A stretch of DNA of 64,000 nt from Anolis carolinensis (GCF_035594765.1 NC_085846.1:27515190-27579189); one strand, 5' to 3'. Positions 39,591-50,830 are shown, counted from the stretch's first letter. The notes: generated from the sequence alone by a model not told the origin. Numbers and translations: made by a program.

Positions 39591-39713
39591 CTGTACATGC
39601 TCGGGAACTCTATTGATAGCTACTGTATAAATTGTAATTATTCGGCCTTTACTTCATGCTAAGCCCCTGCAATGGAGAAAAGGGATTCTGGGTCCTAATC
39701 CCTACTCGCTCAC

Positions 39714-39848
39714 CTCGTCGTCTCCCCTGTAATTCTTCCGAAAGGGACCCAGATCCATCGCATAAGAATACTTTCCAACTTGGCCTGAACTATGAAGGCC
39801 GACGGGAGCCAAAATTCCGAGCCCGAAACGCCTCCCGCAAGCCAACAT
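39714..39848 (-). CDS. PNPO: PNPO exon 1; the seven exons total 780 nt = 259 aa
   Basis: MLACGRRFGLGILAPVGLHSSGQVGKYSYAMDLGPFRKNYRGDDE then gtgagc donor; MDLGP.RK.YRGD as in vertebrate PNPO. Confidence 0.92.
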
Positions 39849-39849
39849 T

Positions 39850-40185
39850 CAGCTCACCTTCTATCCATTTAATGCGCATGCGTAGACAACATAGAGCGAG
39901 TCAAAGTCCGTCCCGCCTTTTCGTTCTCTCTCCGGTCGATTACAAAACAGCAGGAAGATGACAGGAACCAATCCAAAGCAAGGGAATGGTCTTCTATCCC
40001 GCCCTCTTTCACGTTCTAGCAAATCAAGAGGAAGACGGAGATACACCAATCAGAAGGAAAAATTGGGCCTTCCTCTAGCCAATAGAAAGCGACATCCCCA
40101 AATCAATCCGAAAAAGAACCTCAACTTGGGGAAACGGCGGGGTCCAAGGGGCGTGTCCTAAGGGGAGTGGGCGGAGCTTGGTGTA
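39850..40185. promoter_or_regulatory. PNPO CpG-island promoter, probably bidirectional
   Basis: NRF1-like TGCGCATGCGTA (~39873), CCAAT boxes at ~39968, ~40046 and ~40079, GC boxes GGGGCGTGTC and GTGGGCGGAGC (~40148-40178), no TATA box. Confidence 0.8.
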
Positions 40186-41266
40186 TTTTTAAAAATTACA
40201 TGGATAGACCAGTTTTCCACTTTCTATTTTTTTTCTACTTAAATGTTAATTATTACAAATTGCTGCTAATCAATAAAATCCCACTTATGCATGATTAGAA
40301 TATTTAGTATTCGGAAAAATTAATTGCAGGTTGGGTATCCTTTATCCAAAATACACAGGACCACAGTTCGACAGGTTTTTTTTTTTTTTTGCTTTGGATT
40401 TTGCAATATTGGCATAAATGTACATCCCAAAATCCAAAATGTTGAAAGGCTGGCTGTTATAGCGCTACTATTCCACTTTTAACTGCCATGACAACATTCT
40501 ATGGAATTCTGAGGCCCAAGAGCTCTCTGGCAGAGAATTCTCAATGCCCTTCCCTAAACTGCGTGCATACCCTAGGATTGTATATAATGTTGCCATGGCC
40601 ATTACAGCGGAATAATAGCACTATAACAGTGCAGTGTGACAGGGCCCCGGGAAGAAGACATTAATAGAATGATCTTTCATAGACTCAGGTCTCCACCATG
40701 AGTTTACCAAAAGCTACAAACATCTTTTTCTCAGACTCCGTCTATACTGTAGAATTAATGTAGTTTGACACCACTTTAATTGCCATGGCTCAATGCTATG
40801 GAATCCTGGGATTTATAGCCTGGCGAGGCACCAGCCATCTTTGGCAGAAATTGCTAAAGACCCTGTAAAACTACAACTCCCACAATTCCATTGCATTGAG
40901 CCACAGCAGCTAAAGCAGTTTTAAAGCCCCCTTTTTATCTCATAGGAACAACTGTGCCTCTAATCTAATGTTCATATTTTTATTGTTAATTTTGTGTTTT
41001 ATATTGATTGGATGTTATTGTTATTCCATTTTTATTGTATTGCATTTTATTGTATTATGTTGTAAGCTGCCCCGAGTCCCTTGGGGAGATGGGCAGGATA
41101 TAAATGAAATATCTTATTATTGTTATTAAACTGCATCAGTTCTACAGAGCAGATGCATCCAAAGTGAATGGGAACCTGAAGCTGGGCCTTTTGTACAATG
41201 ATAAGGAAGCTGTGACGCTCTTTTCTATGAAGACTTTTTCTTGGATCCTTCTTTGCTGGCTTTTAG

Positions 41267-41328
<62 letters not shown>
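41267..41328. repeat. (AAT)n(TAT)n self-complementary microsatellite
   Basis: ~10 AAT units directly followed by ~10 TAT/ATT units. Confidence 0.95.
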
Positions 41329-41329
<1 letters not shown>

Positions 41330-41929
41330 TTATTTTTATACCCCGCCTCTATCTCCCCAAAGGGGACTTAGATGACAAGCAAAGGGGCTTTTGGGTCTCC
41401 TTCATGGACCCCTTTACATGGTTCTGATTAAACTGATTTGGATGACTAGTCTTTATAAATAAAACATTAACAAATCCATGCCTCTGGTCATAACTATATT
41501 TTGGGTGAACTCCTAAGTGTTCCCAATGATGCACAAACTTGTAATTTTTCTAAGGTGCAAGGAGGTGCCAAAAATGCCCAACAACTCATAGTTTGATTTT
41601 TTTTCCTATTAGTACTATGGAGATATCACAATGACACTTAACTATGGCATTGCATCTATTTTGGGTTTGCATTGAATCCTGAAATACATTATCACAAGTG
41701 CCATTTAATGAGCCTCTGACATTATGTAGGTATTCCTTACATCATTTTGTCTGGACCACAAATGAATGCTGCAAAAAAACCCATAAACTAAGAATGCCCA
41801 TGGATGAGCCAGGTTGCTAAGGTAACAGTGACATATCCTGCATTGTGACACTTCCACTTACATGTTCACCTGCCATATAGCTGAGGTCCTCTCTGATAGT
41901 AAGTCTTCAATGCCTTTTCTTCTTCCAAG

Positions 41930-42026
41930 GTGTTCACATTCTCCACAAGGACGATACTATGGTTCTGGCTTAATTTTCTATAAGTACGGGAGGAAGTGGG
42001 TTTATTCTATGAGGACTAAATCAAGG
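41930..42026 (+). other. Candidate 5'UTR exon of the novel gene
   Basis: Acceptor ccttttcttcttccaag, donor AGG|gtgagg. Confidence 0.4.
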
Positions 42027-42632
42027 GTGAGGACACTGTGGCTTTCTTTACCTCCATATCTCACTTGCACGCACACATATTTAATATATAATATTGATTC
42101 TAGGCACACACTACCACCAAGTGAAAAAAAGCTTTATTTATAAAAATGCCTGTGATTCTAAGACACATCCCGTTTTTTTGAGATGTTTATATGGGAAAAA
42201 GGAAATCTTATAATAGATGACATACAGTATACACGTGCACACAAGCCCTTCTATGCATTTTATGAGGTCTTTCAGCATTGCATCATTCATATTAGTCCAT
42301 CCATCTATTTAGCTATCCATTCAATGCAATGCTGGGAGAACTTCACAAAATGCATAAAGGTGACTGCAGTGACTTAAATCTCCAAAAAGGCAAAGCTCAT
42401 AAAAGTGTCATGCTTGAGAAGAACTGTTTGGGGGAAATGCAGAGAAGCCAATATTGACCTGACACAATTGCAAGCAATGTTCATTTCACAGAAATGTCAA
42501 GGACATGCTTAGAATCATGTCGTAGAATACACAGCAAGGTCTTATTGAACCTGATATTTATGCCTGAACTCACAGGATAAATGCTAGCTAGCAATTTGAT
42601 AAATTTGGAAAAAAAATACTTTCATTATCTAG

Positions 42633-42699
42633 GCCTTGCCTGGGTGACAATGAAGTCTTCTTGGAGAGCAAAAGAAAAGGAGTGAATGAAAGAGAGAAG
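42633..42699 (+). other. Candidate upstream exon of the novel gene
   Basis: Acceptor ctttcattatctag, perfect donor AAG|gtaagt, purine-rich body. Confidence 0.5.
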
Positions 42700-43900
42700 G
42701 TAAGTGAGAAAATAATTATTATAAGGAGGATTCTTAAAGATTTCCAAGTTTTAGTTCTATTCCTTTAACAGAGCAGGGTGGAGGGTGGGTCCTTTTCCCC
42801 AAGTAATGGTTCCCAGACTCATACGATGTGTTATGGCTGTGGGATGTTAGGATAAGGCACACACTGATCTTAGGGCAGATGTGTTGAAGGACAGGCAGGT
42901 GCCCCTGAGATAGCTTGCTGTCTTCCGGTACAGTGGCAGAAGCTCTCCCATTGCCAGTTTGGAAGTAAAATTCAACTCCATTCCAGCACCCTTCTATATT
43001 GCTATACTTCTGTTAACAAAGTCTCTGACAAAGATTCCTTCTTTCAAATGAAAAAACCAAGCAAGTCTTTTTACACCTTCCCAGCTTTCTCATTTCCTCC
43101 TCATTCTCTGTCTAACTGAATGATATTGAGCTGCATTAGCATTGGTATGATGGTGAAGGAGGGCAGGAGAAACACAGATTTTCATTGTTAGGTTGCAGTA
43201 GCATGTCTGCAGGAAAAGCTTCAGGGGAAAAGCTGATTTCTATTCTAGCTAATAGAATTTGGAATACTTGCATATACATTAGATATCTTGGGAGACAGGG
43301 ATTCAAATTTAAATATGAAACACATAAATATGAAACTACCATAGCCTGAAGGTAGTTTTATACAAAATGTTCCTAATAATTTTGTGCATGAAACAAAGTT
43401 TGTGTATGTTGAACCACCAGAAAGCAACCACGATCTCAGCCACTAGTGTGAAAGGTTTTGCAAATCAGAAATACTCAATTTGTACTTCGTTTTGAATGTG
43501 AAAACTTTGTCCTTGATCATATCAAGTAACAGTATCTCTGAGCATTGAGATAATGTCTCCCAGTAAAGAATAAGCTCAAATACAATTTTGGACTTTGCAG
43601 TATTTTGGATTTTGAAATTCTGGATAAGGGATACTCAGCCTGAACTATCCATACTCCACTTCTTACATTCTTTGCCATTCTGTTCTAGGCTAGAAAAGTT
43701 GCAGATCCATCCTTTGAAAAAGGAATGTCAACGTTGTTCAGAAGAACAGGGAAGTAGCAGTGACCCACCCAAAGGCTGGCAGTTTGCATTGCGTCCTTCC
43801 AGATATCGCAGACAACTATTTCTGAATCAGAGGACAAAGGGGCTTTCATTTCTGCTCAAACTATAAGAAGCTTTATGTGGAGAATGGGGAAAATGTGAAC

Positions 43901-44003
43901 ATGGCCTGGAGCTGTTGCAAAGAAAAGAAACCCCCAGAATTCAGCCCTAAGGTGGTGGAAGAACCAAAGTTTCCTTCCCATCCTAAGCCTCCTGTTATCC
44001 CAG
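43901..44003 (+). CDS. Novel/uncharacterised gene, coding exon A
   Basis: Strong Kozak AACATGG; MAWSCCKEKKPPEFSPKVVEEPKFPSHPKPPVIP; donor CAG|gtacaa, phase 1; in-frame upstream TGA at 43823. Confidence 0.7.
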
Positions 44004-44498
44004 GTACAAACATCTCCTTCCTTGCTGCTCCATCATGTCTCAGGTAGCATGATCATAGACAATGCTGTCTGGAGATTGAGAGTCTTTGTCTAAAAAAATA
44101 TTCAAAATAAAATCCTACCTGAGATATTATCTTGTGAGCTAAGATGTCTTTACGAAAGGGCATGTTGTTCAGCCTGCCTGGACCTTGAGATGATTATGAA
44201 GGCCCTTTTCTTGGTCCCACCATCTTGGGTATGTTTGGGCAAAGACACATCTTTTTTCTTCATGCAGAAAAAGATCATTTTATTCTAAAAGATACATATG
44301 TTCTTTGGTAGGGATTTTAACATGTAGTTTCAAGTTGTTTCTGATTTCTGCTGACCCTATCATGGGGTTTGTTAGGCAAGATTTATTAGGGGGAGGAGTT
44401 GCCCAAAGTCAGAGGTCTTTGCCTCTCTGTGGCCGTTGGGGCATTCAGTACCTACCAAAAGTGGTGACTTAACCCAGCAAATAATTCATTTTTGGCAG

Positions 44499-44654
44499 TT
44501 GCCTACGTATTGAAACATGAAGAAGATGAGGATGAGTATGAACCGGAAAATAAATCACCCCCAATCAAACCCCCGGTCAAGGAAAAGCCCCCGATCCAGG
44601 TTCAGGTTCAAGTCCAGGTCCAGGAGGTGAAGCAGCAACAAATAGAACCATCGG
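44499..44654 (+). CDS. Novel gene, coding exon B (alternative in-frame donor after 44660)
   Basis: Acceptor ttcatttttggcag; VAYVLKHEEDEDEYEPENKSPPIKPPVKEKPPIQVQVQVQVQEVKQQQIEPS; 156 nt, phase 1-1. Confidence 0.75.
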
Positions 44655-45194
44655 GTGAAGGTTCGTGGACAGAAAAAAAATTACTGACTTTAAATGGCTA
44701 TACAGTATAATTTACTCAATTTCACCAGATAGATTTAAAGTGATAACCCCATCTATCAGTGTACATAATTCTTTTTGAATAAGATACATGACTAGAGCAA
44801 GTTGTTCAATCCTAGTTTCCTGCTCCTCACTGGTCAGGGATTTTTGTGTAGCTTGGCATGCTGAAAAACCCAAGTTCAATCTCCGGGGTGGCAATTGATA
44901 GGAAAAACCTATCCCTATCCATGACCTTGGAGAGCTGCTGCCAGCCTGAATAAACAATACTGGGTAAGACAGTTTGCCTCCATATAAAGCAGCATCCTGT
45001 GCTCAGATCTGAAGAGAAGTTACATCGGCAACTGCTTCACTCCCAACTTGCAATAAGCAAATGCTTAATCCTGTTAGTGAGTTAGTAGCAAGGTCCCAAA
45101 ACTCTCTGCTAATACACATGAGAAATTTCTACAAGGCAAAGAGATTACCTATGTTGTTGACTCAACTTCCCTTTTTGTACTCCCCATTTGGAAG

Positions 45195-45347
45195 ATGACG
45201 ATCTCCAAAAGCCCTCCACCTCAGAGGAAAAGGACACCAGAGAAACACAAACCAATCCACATCATTTCCCGAAATCACCAGGAAGGGTCACACTGGATGA
45301 GATCCTGCATGGGATGCAAAGGATCCAGTTTATTATGGATAACACAG
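45195..45347 (+). CDS. Novel gene, coding exon C
   Basis: Pyrimidine tract plus AAG acceptor; DDDLQKPSTSEEKDTRETQTNPHHFPKSPGRVTLDEILHGMQRIQFIMDNT; donor CAG|gtatgt; 153 nt, phase 1-1. Confidence 0.75.
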
Positions 45348-45574
45348 GTATGTGAAAAGGTCTTCCCATTTTTTTTATCAAATGGCAGAAGCCTAAAATC
45401 CAAGAGTTAATTTGTTTTGTACTGTGGAATGGATTGGTGAACTAAAGCCTTCTTCCTGTACCTGTACATATAGACATACTTTCTACATCTGTTTGTTCAT
45501 ATCCAGATAGTACATTATTCACGTCAAAATATTGCCCACAAAAAAACAAAAAGTTGGCCAGATCTATCCTAGAA

Positions 45575-45960
45575 TAACGTGCCTGATTCTGATCACCATA
45601 TTTAAGGACATTAACAAGCTGAAATTTGTCTAAAAGGCAATTAACGTGAGGTCTGGAAACCAATCCTTATGAGAAATAGTGGATGAACCTCAGAAAAGTC
45701 ATTTATAGTATGTAAGTGACAGAGACCATGAAGAAGAACCAAACTAATGAATTCAAATGACTAAATTAAAGAACTTCCTGAGTTCCAGCAGTGACTATCT
45801 TCATTAGAAGATTTCAAAGAGAGGTTTAGTTGATTAACTTTTAGGGTGCTTTAGGAGGGGATTCCTATTCACTAGATAGTTCTTGGGTTCAAATCTATGC
45901 CTCTATGGGTTGGACTGGATGGCCCGCGAGGTGTCTTCCAACTCTATGATTCTGATTCTA
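45575..45960 (+). mobile_element. Old CR1 fragment plus CR1 tail in intron 3 of the novel gene
   Basis: Degenerate match to the CR1 3' region; tail CCAACTCTATGATTCTGATTCTA. Confidence 0.7.
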
Positions 45961-46817
45961 TAGGTCGATTTTGAAGCCCCTGGCAGCACAATAGGTTAAA
46001 CCACTGAGCTGCAGAATTTGCTGACCAAAAGGTTGGCGGTTTGAATCCAGGGAGCAGGGTGAGTTCCTGCAGTTTGCCCCAGCTTCTGCCAACTTAGCAG
46101 TTTGAAAACATGCAAACGTGAGTAGATCAATAGGTACTGCTCTGGCAGGAAGGTAACAACGCTTCATGTAGTCATGCCAGCCACATGACGTTGGAGGCAT
46201 CTATGGACAATGCCGGCTCTTCAGTTTAGAAATAAAAATGAACACCAACCCCTATAGTCGGACATGACTAGACTTAATGTCAGGGGAAAACCTTTACCTT
46301 TACTATAGGTCTTTTTAAAGAGACTTATGGAATATTTATTAATGGCATACAGTTTCATGAACTATAATCTGTTTCATAAGATCCATAACACTTTATGGAT
46401 AAGTTAGGATAAGGCGACAGGCACAAAATATGCTGTCTTTATAGCAGCAATTGATGGGAACTTTAGCATGAAACTACCAAATTAGTTTATCAGAAATTTT
46501 AGTTCTGTGATGTGCACAGAGACCATTTTTTCTCACTTCATGTGTTACCAGCACTGCTTTGTTCATGATCACTGTAGTGATTTCTCCATATAGACATTTA
46601 CTTATCAGCTTGTACATTTTGCATTACATACCTTCTGTGACCTTGCTCTTCGCCACTGTCAGCTCCACACTGCCATGTGTATATGTGTCTGTCAACTAGG
46701 AACATATTTTTCATATTACATATGAAACAGAAAAGTGCATGAATCCCACGTCTGATAATTGTTATAATAATCATTGCCCTCTACATTTGACTCAAAACAA
46801 TGTGCTTTTCCTTGCAG

Positions 46818-46942
46818 TGACTGATTTTGAACAACGTATCTCCCGCTTGGAGCGGATAGTTTTAAAAATGAGGAATGCGTGGATTCACCACAGAACTTGC
46901 CATCTTGAGGGTCTGGAATATGATGATGAACATGAAGATTAA
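46818..46942 (+). CDS. Novel gene, coding exon D (stop TAA); candidate poly(A) signal ATTAAA at 47152
   Basis: Acceptor gcttttccttgcag; VTDFEQRISRLERIVLKMRNAWIHHRTCHLEGLEYDDEHED*. Confidence 0.75.
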
Positions 46943-48321
46943 TTTTTAAAATGGCTTTCATAATGTTTGATTTTTTATACCTATATTAGCAATTTGTACA
47001 TCAGTACCCTCTTTTCTCCCAAAACAACCGTGAATCCAGTTTTTCAAAACTTTCTATTTATAACATTGCTACCTTCAGTTAAAGATATTTACTTTAGAAT
47101 TCTAATTATTTTTAACAATCTATGGCTAGCATGCCTTAATATTCTTCCATAATTAAAATATAGATGCATGAATATGCTCTCTGACTTTCAAAACTTGGAA
47201 GTTATTTTTGGACTGCATCTTCCAGCAGCCATGGCAACACTGCTGGGGAAGCTTTGGGAGTTATTGTCCAAAAAAACTTCCAAGATTTCCAACCAGGGGG
47301 TGGCATAGTACATGCCAAAATTTGGAGATAAATTGGTGCTGAGGGAGAATATACAAGCCAGCAGTACAGAAGTTGAGAAAGCAGAGCCACAACCAAGATA
47401 GGCAAAATGGACTGGATAGAGCTACAAAGAGCTCTTGAGGGGCAATAGAGGACAGCAAGGAACAAAGCAAAATGGCAATAATTTGGATTCCCACTTATGC
47501 ATAAATAATGGCAGATGCCGGAAGAAACTTTATAATGTCAAATAAGGTTGCTTTAGAGTTTTAACTCTCAGCACGTTGTGATGGAAACTCTAATCTAAAC
47601 AATCAAAATCACAGCAAATAGCATGCAATACTATAATCTTGGAAGACCTGCAGATGGGTCAGTGAACAAGAGATACAGTAGTTTTTTAGGATGGTAATTC
47701 TGCCACCTAAACCATACTCAGCCATCTAAACCAATAAACCAGCTAGTAAGGGCAGCTCAACTTGACAACAGCTTCCCAGGGTTTTCATACACTGTTACTT
47801 GGGATCCTTTTTAAAGAGTGTGGCCTTTGCACACATCACATCCAAACATTATTACACATGTAATGCTCCCACATTCCCAAGTTCTTCAGGTTTACCAGGT
47901 TTACTCACATGTATCTTCAGCTACAAGGTACTTAATCCTCCTTCCCTGCAAATGTTTATTATTTATTTATTTGCCCCATTTATACCCCACCCTGAAGGGG
48001 ACTCAAGGCAGTTGTTCAGTGTTCAGTGACCACAGCCCTTACCTCTTTACTCAGATGAAGAAACAATGAAATTCTATACACATTTATGGAGTTCAGTGAA
48101 ATTTCATCTTATGTGTGCATATGACTATAACCTAAGTCAGGTACGCACTGTAAGCCACCCAACGAGGAATTTATAATCCCATCCACTCTCATTATAACCA
48201 TCTTTCCTCTGAAAACTGGTCTGTGCAGTTATCAATAGTACAACCTGTTACTGAAGCTTGTTATGGATCTTATCATTCTTTTAAATAAGACAAATCTCAA
48301 ACAGGACTGTAACAACATGGG

Positions 48322-50729
48322 TTTATTTCTCCTGCCTAACTCCCCTTCAAAATAACTTCCCTCCCAAAGATACTTGAGGGTTGTTTGATGTGGAAAGGGC
48401 AGACTGTAGTTGGTGGGTAGAGTTATGCACCGTATATCCTAAGCCCACACAAAAGGAACCGATTAGTTGACCATCTGTAAACAACTAATAGCTGAATACA
48501 GTACACAGGGACCAATCCACTGTGAAGGTGTCCTGTACAAGCCTATCGAAACACCATGCTCTTGTAAAGGTTCCATGAAGTTTCACTGAGATTTGTGAAG
48601 TAGTGTTTGCTGTTAGCCTGTGCCCACAGACAGAAAGTGCCTATAATATGAGACCTTGGAAGTACAACTGCAGGCAAAGGTTTGTTTTACATTTTATAGA
48701 TGTGGCAGTCTGAAGTGACACTCCTGTGATGACTTACACTGCCACTATATGTATGGTATACTAGCAACATGCTCAACATTTTAATACACCAGCACTCCAT
48801 GTCACTATGAAATGCATACACCAGGCCAAAGGTAATTTTCCATACATGAAATTAGAAAATGTATTTGTGACTCTTGTTAATGCTGCAAAGAAAGCAAAAT
48901 GGGGAGAGACAGCATAAAACTGAAATATACATTCTGGCCAGCTAAGTCTTATACAGTGGCATCATAAACCAATCTAATCTGAATTTATGAAACTGTCACT
49001 AGGAGTCTCTATGAAGTAAAAAAAACAAAAACACTCTAGCCCATCTTAACCCTTCACAAAGCCACTTAAATATTCCATTCTTCCACTATCTATATTTCTT
49101 AAACCATGATGGAGTTTGCTTCTGTCAATTAAATTTACCTATCAGGAAATCTGATTGTTTTCTCCTTAATCAATCCATATTGGGTTCGCTACATACTGAC
49201 CAGTCAAATTACAGCATTAATCAAAAACACTCTAAAGAAAAACATACTTCAAACAGTTAAAACTAAAAAATAAAGTGGATTTTTTTAATTTAAAAGCTCA
49301 AAAATAACAAGCCGTATGTTTCTGAAACATGTAGGAAACACATAATGCAATATATAGTCTATGATACAATATACACTATAATACACAGAGGGGATGATAG
49401 GAAGTACTTTAAAGGAGAAGGGTGAGCGGAAGGAAAACACCAGTTTGCCTAGAAAAAGAAAAAGTAGAAAAAGTAAATTTTTGAGGAAAAAGAAATCCAA
49501 TAGAACAAAAAAAAAAAAAAAGAGAGAGGGGGGGCTGGGATGAAAGAAGAAATGAACTCCATTTTTGATGGTAAAAAAATGCTTGTATTTTAGCACACAC
49601 ACCATCACCTGATTTTACCAGGGCCTGTTAAGTACAATTCTGAAAAGGATAGTGGCATATTGCTCCAATTCAGTGAAAGCAATCTGGTTTTACATTTGGA
49701 GCTGTACCACGATGTGCTTGCTGAACCAAGCAGTGCAGAATTGCATACGAAGCCCCATAGCTTCTTGATACAATTTGTATATGTACATCCTTCTGTTGTA
49801 TTTGTGGCTGTCTTGCTGAGGGCCCACAGCTATGATCCAGCAACTCTAGTAACTACAGACAAGGGTTGCTGTTCACAAATGGACATCCACCACTCTCCTG
49901 AGCAAAGTGCTGCTGCCACATATGTCCTAGAAAGCCCTGGGTGTACAAAAAGCATGTCATAGACCTGACAATGGCACTGTCGGGGTACAGGGCCTTGCAT
50001 TAGCAAAGAGACTTTGGGCTTTAAAAAACACACACACAATTAAATTAAAAAATTGCTCACAATACATAATTTGAAACTGGGGGAAAATATAAGGCAACAT
50101 TCTCTGTAGAAAAAAAAGGTTTCCTAAGTAGGTTTTTTTTAATATAGAGATATATATTTATATATATTTATAATTTTTAAATATAAAGTAGGAATGTGCT
50201 TGGAGGACTGAGAGTCCCGTTTTCAGGTGGTTTCCTGGTCCCCCATTCAAAAGCTTCACAAGCACAAGGGGGCAGCGGATGGGAAGAGGGAAGCAAAATT
50301 TTGAGTGGGGTCTACTGTTTCACTGGTGCTACTTTCAAGGGCACAAGGAGGCCCAGGGGTGTAGCAGAGCAGGGAGTTCGCTTTTCAAGCTCCTGAGGCC
50401 AGTGGGTAGATGGGCTTCGTGCCTAGCTGTTTCCATATCCTTTCCCCTGCTCACTGCTCGGCTTTGTGCTGATTTTAGCCCCCAGATAGTTGTCTTCATC
50501 CCGGGCTGAAACCACAGCATCTGATGAACCTTCGAAGAAGTTCCAAAGGAGTGGAGGTCGTCTGAGCCAAGGAACAGTGGCTGTTAACCAATTCCCTACG
50601 CAGATGCCAACGTCCCAATGAGGAGTGTTTCTTAGGCATTTTGCTCTCCTTGTGGAGATTCCCATTGCCCACATGAAGGGGTTATTACCAACCCTACTGT
50701 TTCCCCACTTTTCCTGGTTGCATCCAACC
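48322..50729 (-). other. SP2: SP2 3'UTR (end uncertain)
   Basis: TE-free, U-rich tracts on the minus strand; possible poly(A) signals ATTAAA ~49285 and AATAAA 48322-48327. Confidence 0.5.
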
Positions 50730-50830
50730 CTACAAGTTCTTGGTGACCAGATGGGTTTTATAGTGCTTCGTCAGATGATCACTTCTAATGAAGCGCTTTT
50801 GGCACTGAGCGCACTCAAAACGTTTGTCAC
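50730..50830 (-). CDS. SP2: SP2 last exon (zinc finger 3, stop TAG)
   Basis: [33 protein letters not shown]. Confidence 0.97.

Noticed and set aside
43588-43866. 92-aa ORF upstream of the novel gene ATG
   Set aside because: Starts within a MITE remnant, stops at 43866 and is out of frame with exon A; kept only as a possible leader.
45195-45410. ORF-track frame MTISKSPPPQ...
   Set aside because: Splice phase from exon B and into exon D requires the other frame (DDDLQKP...).
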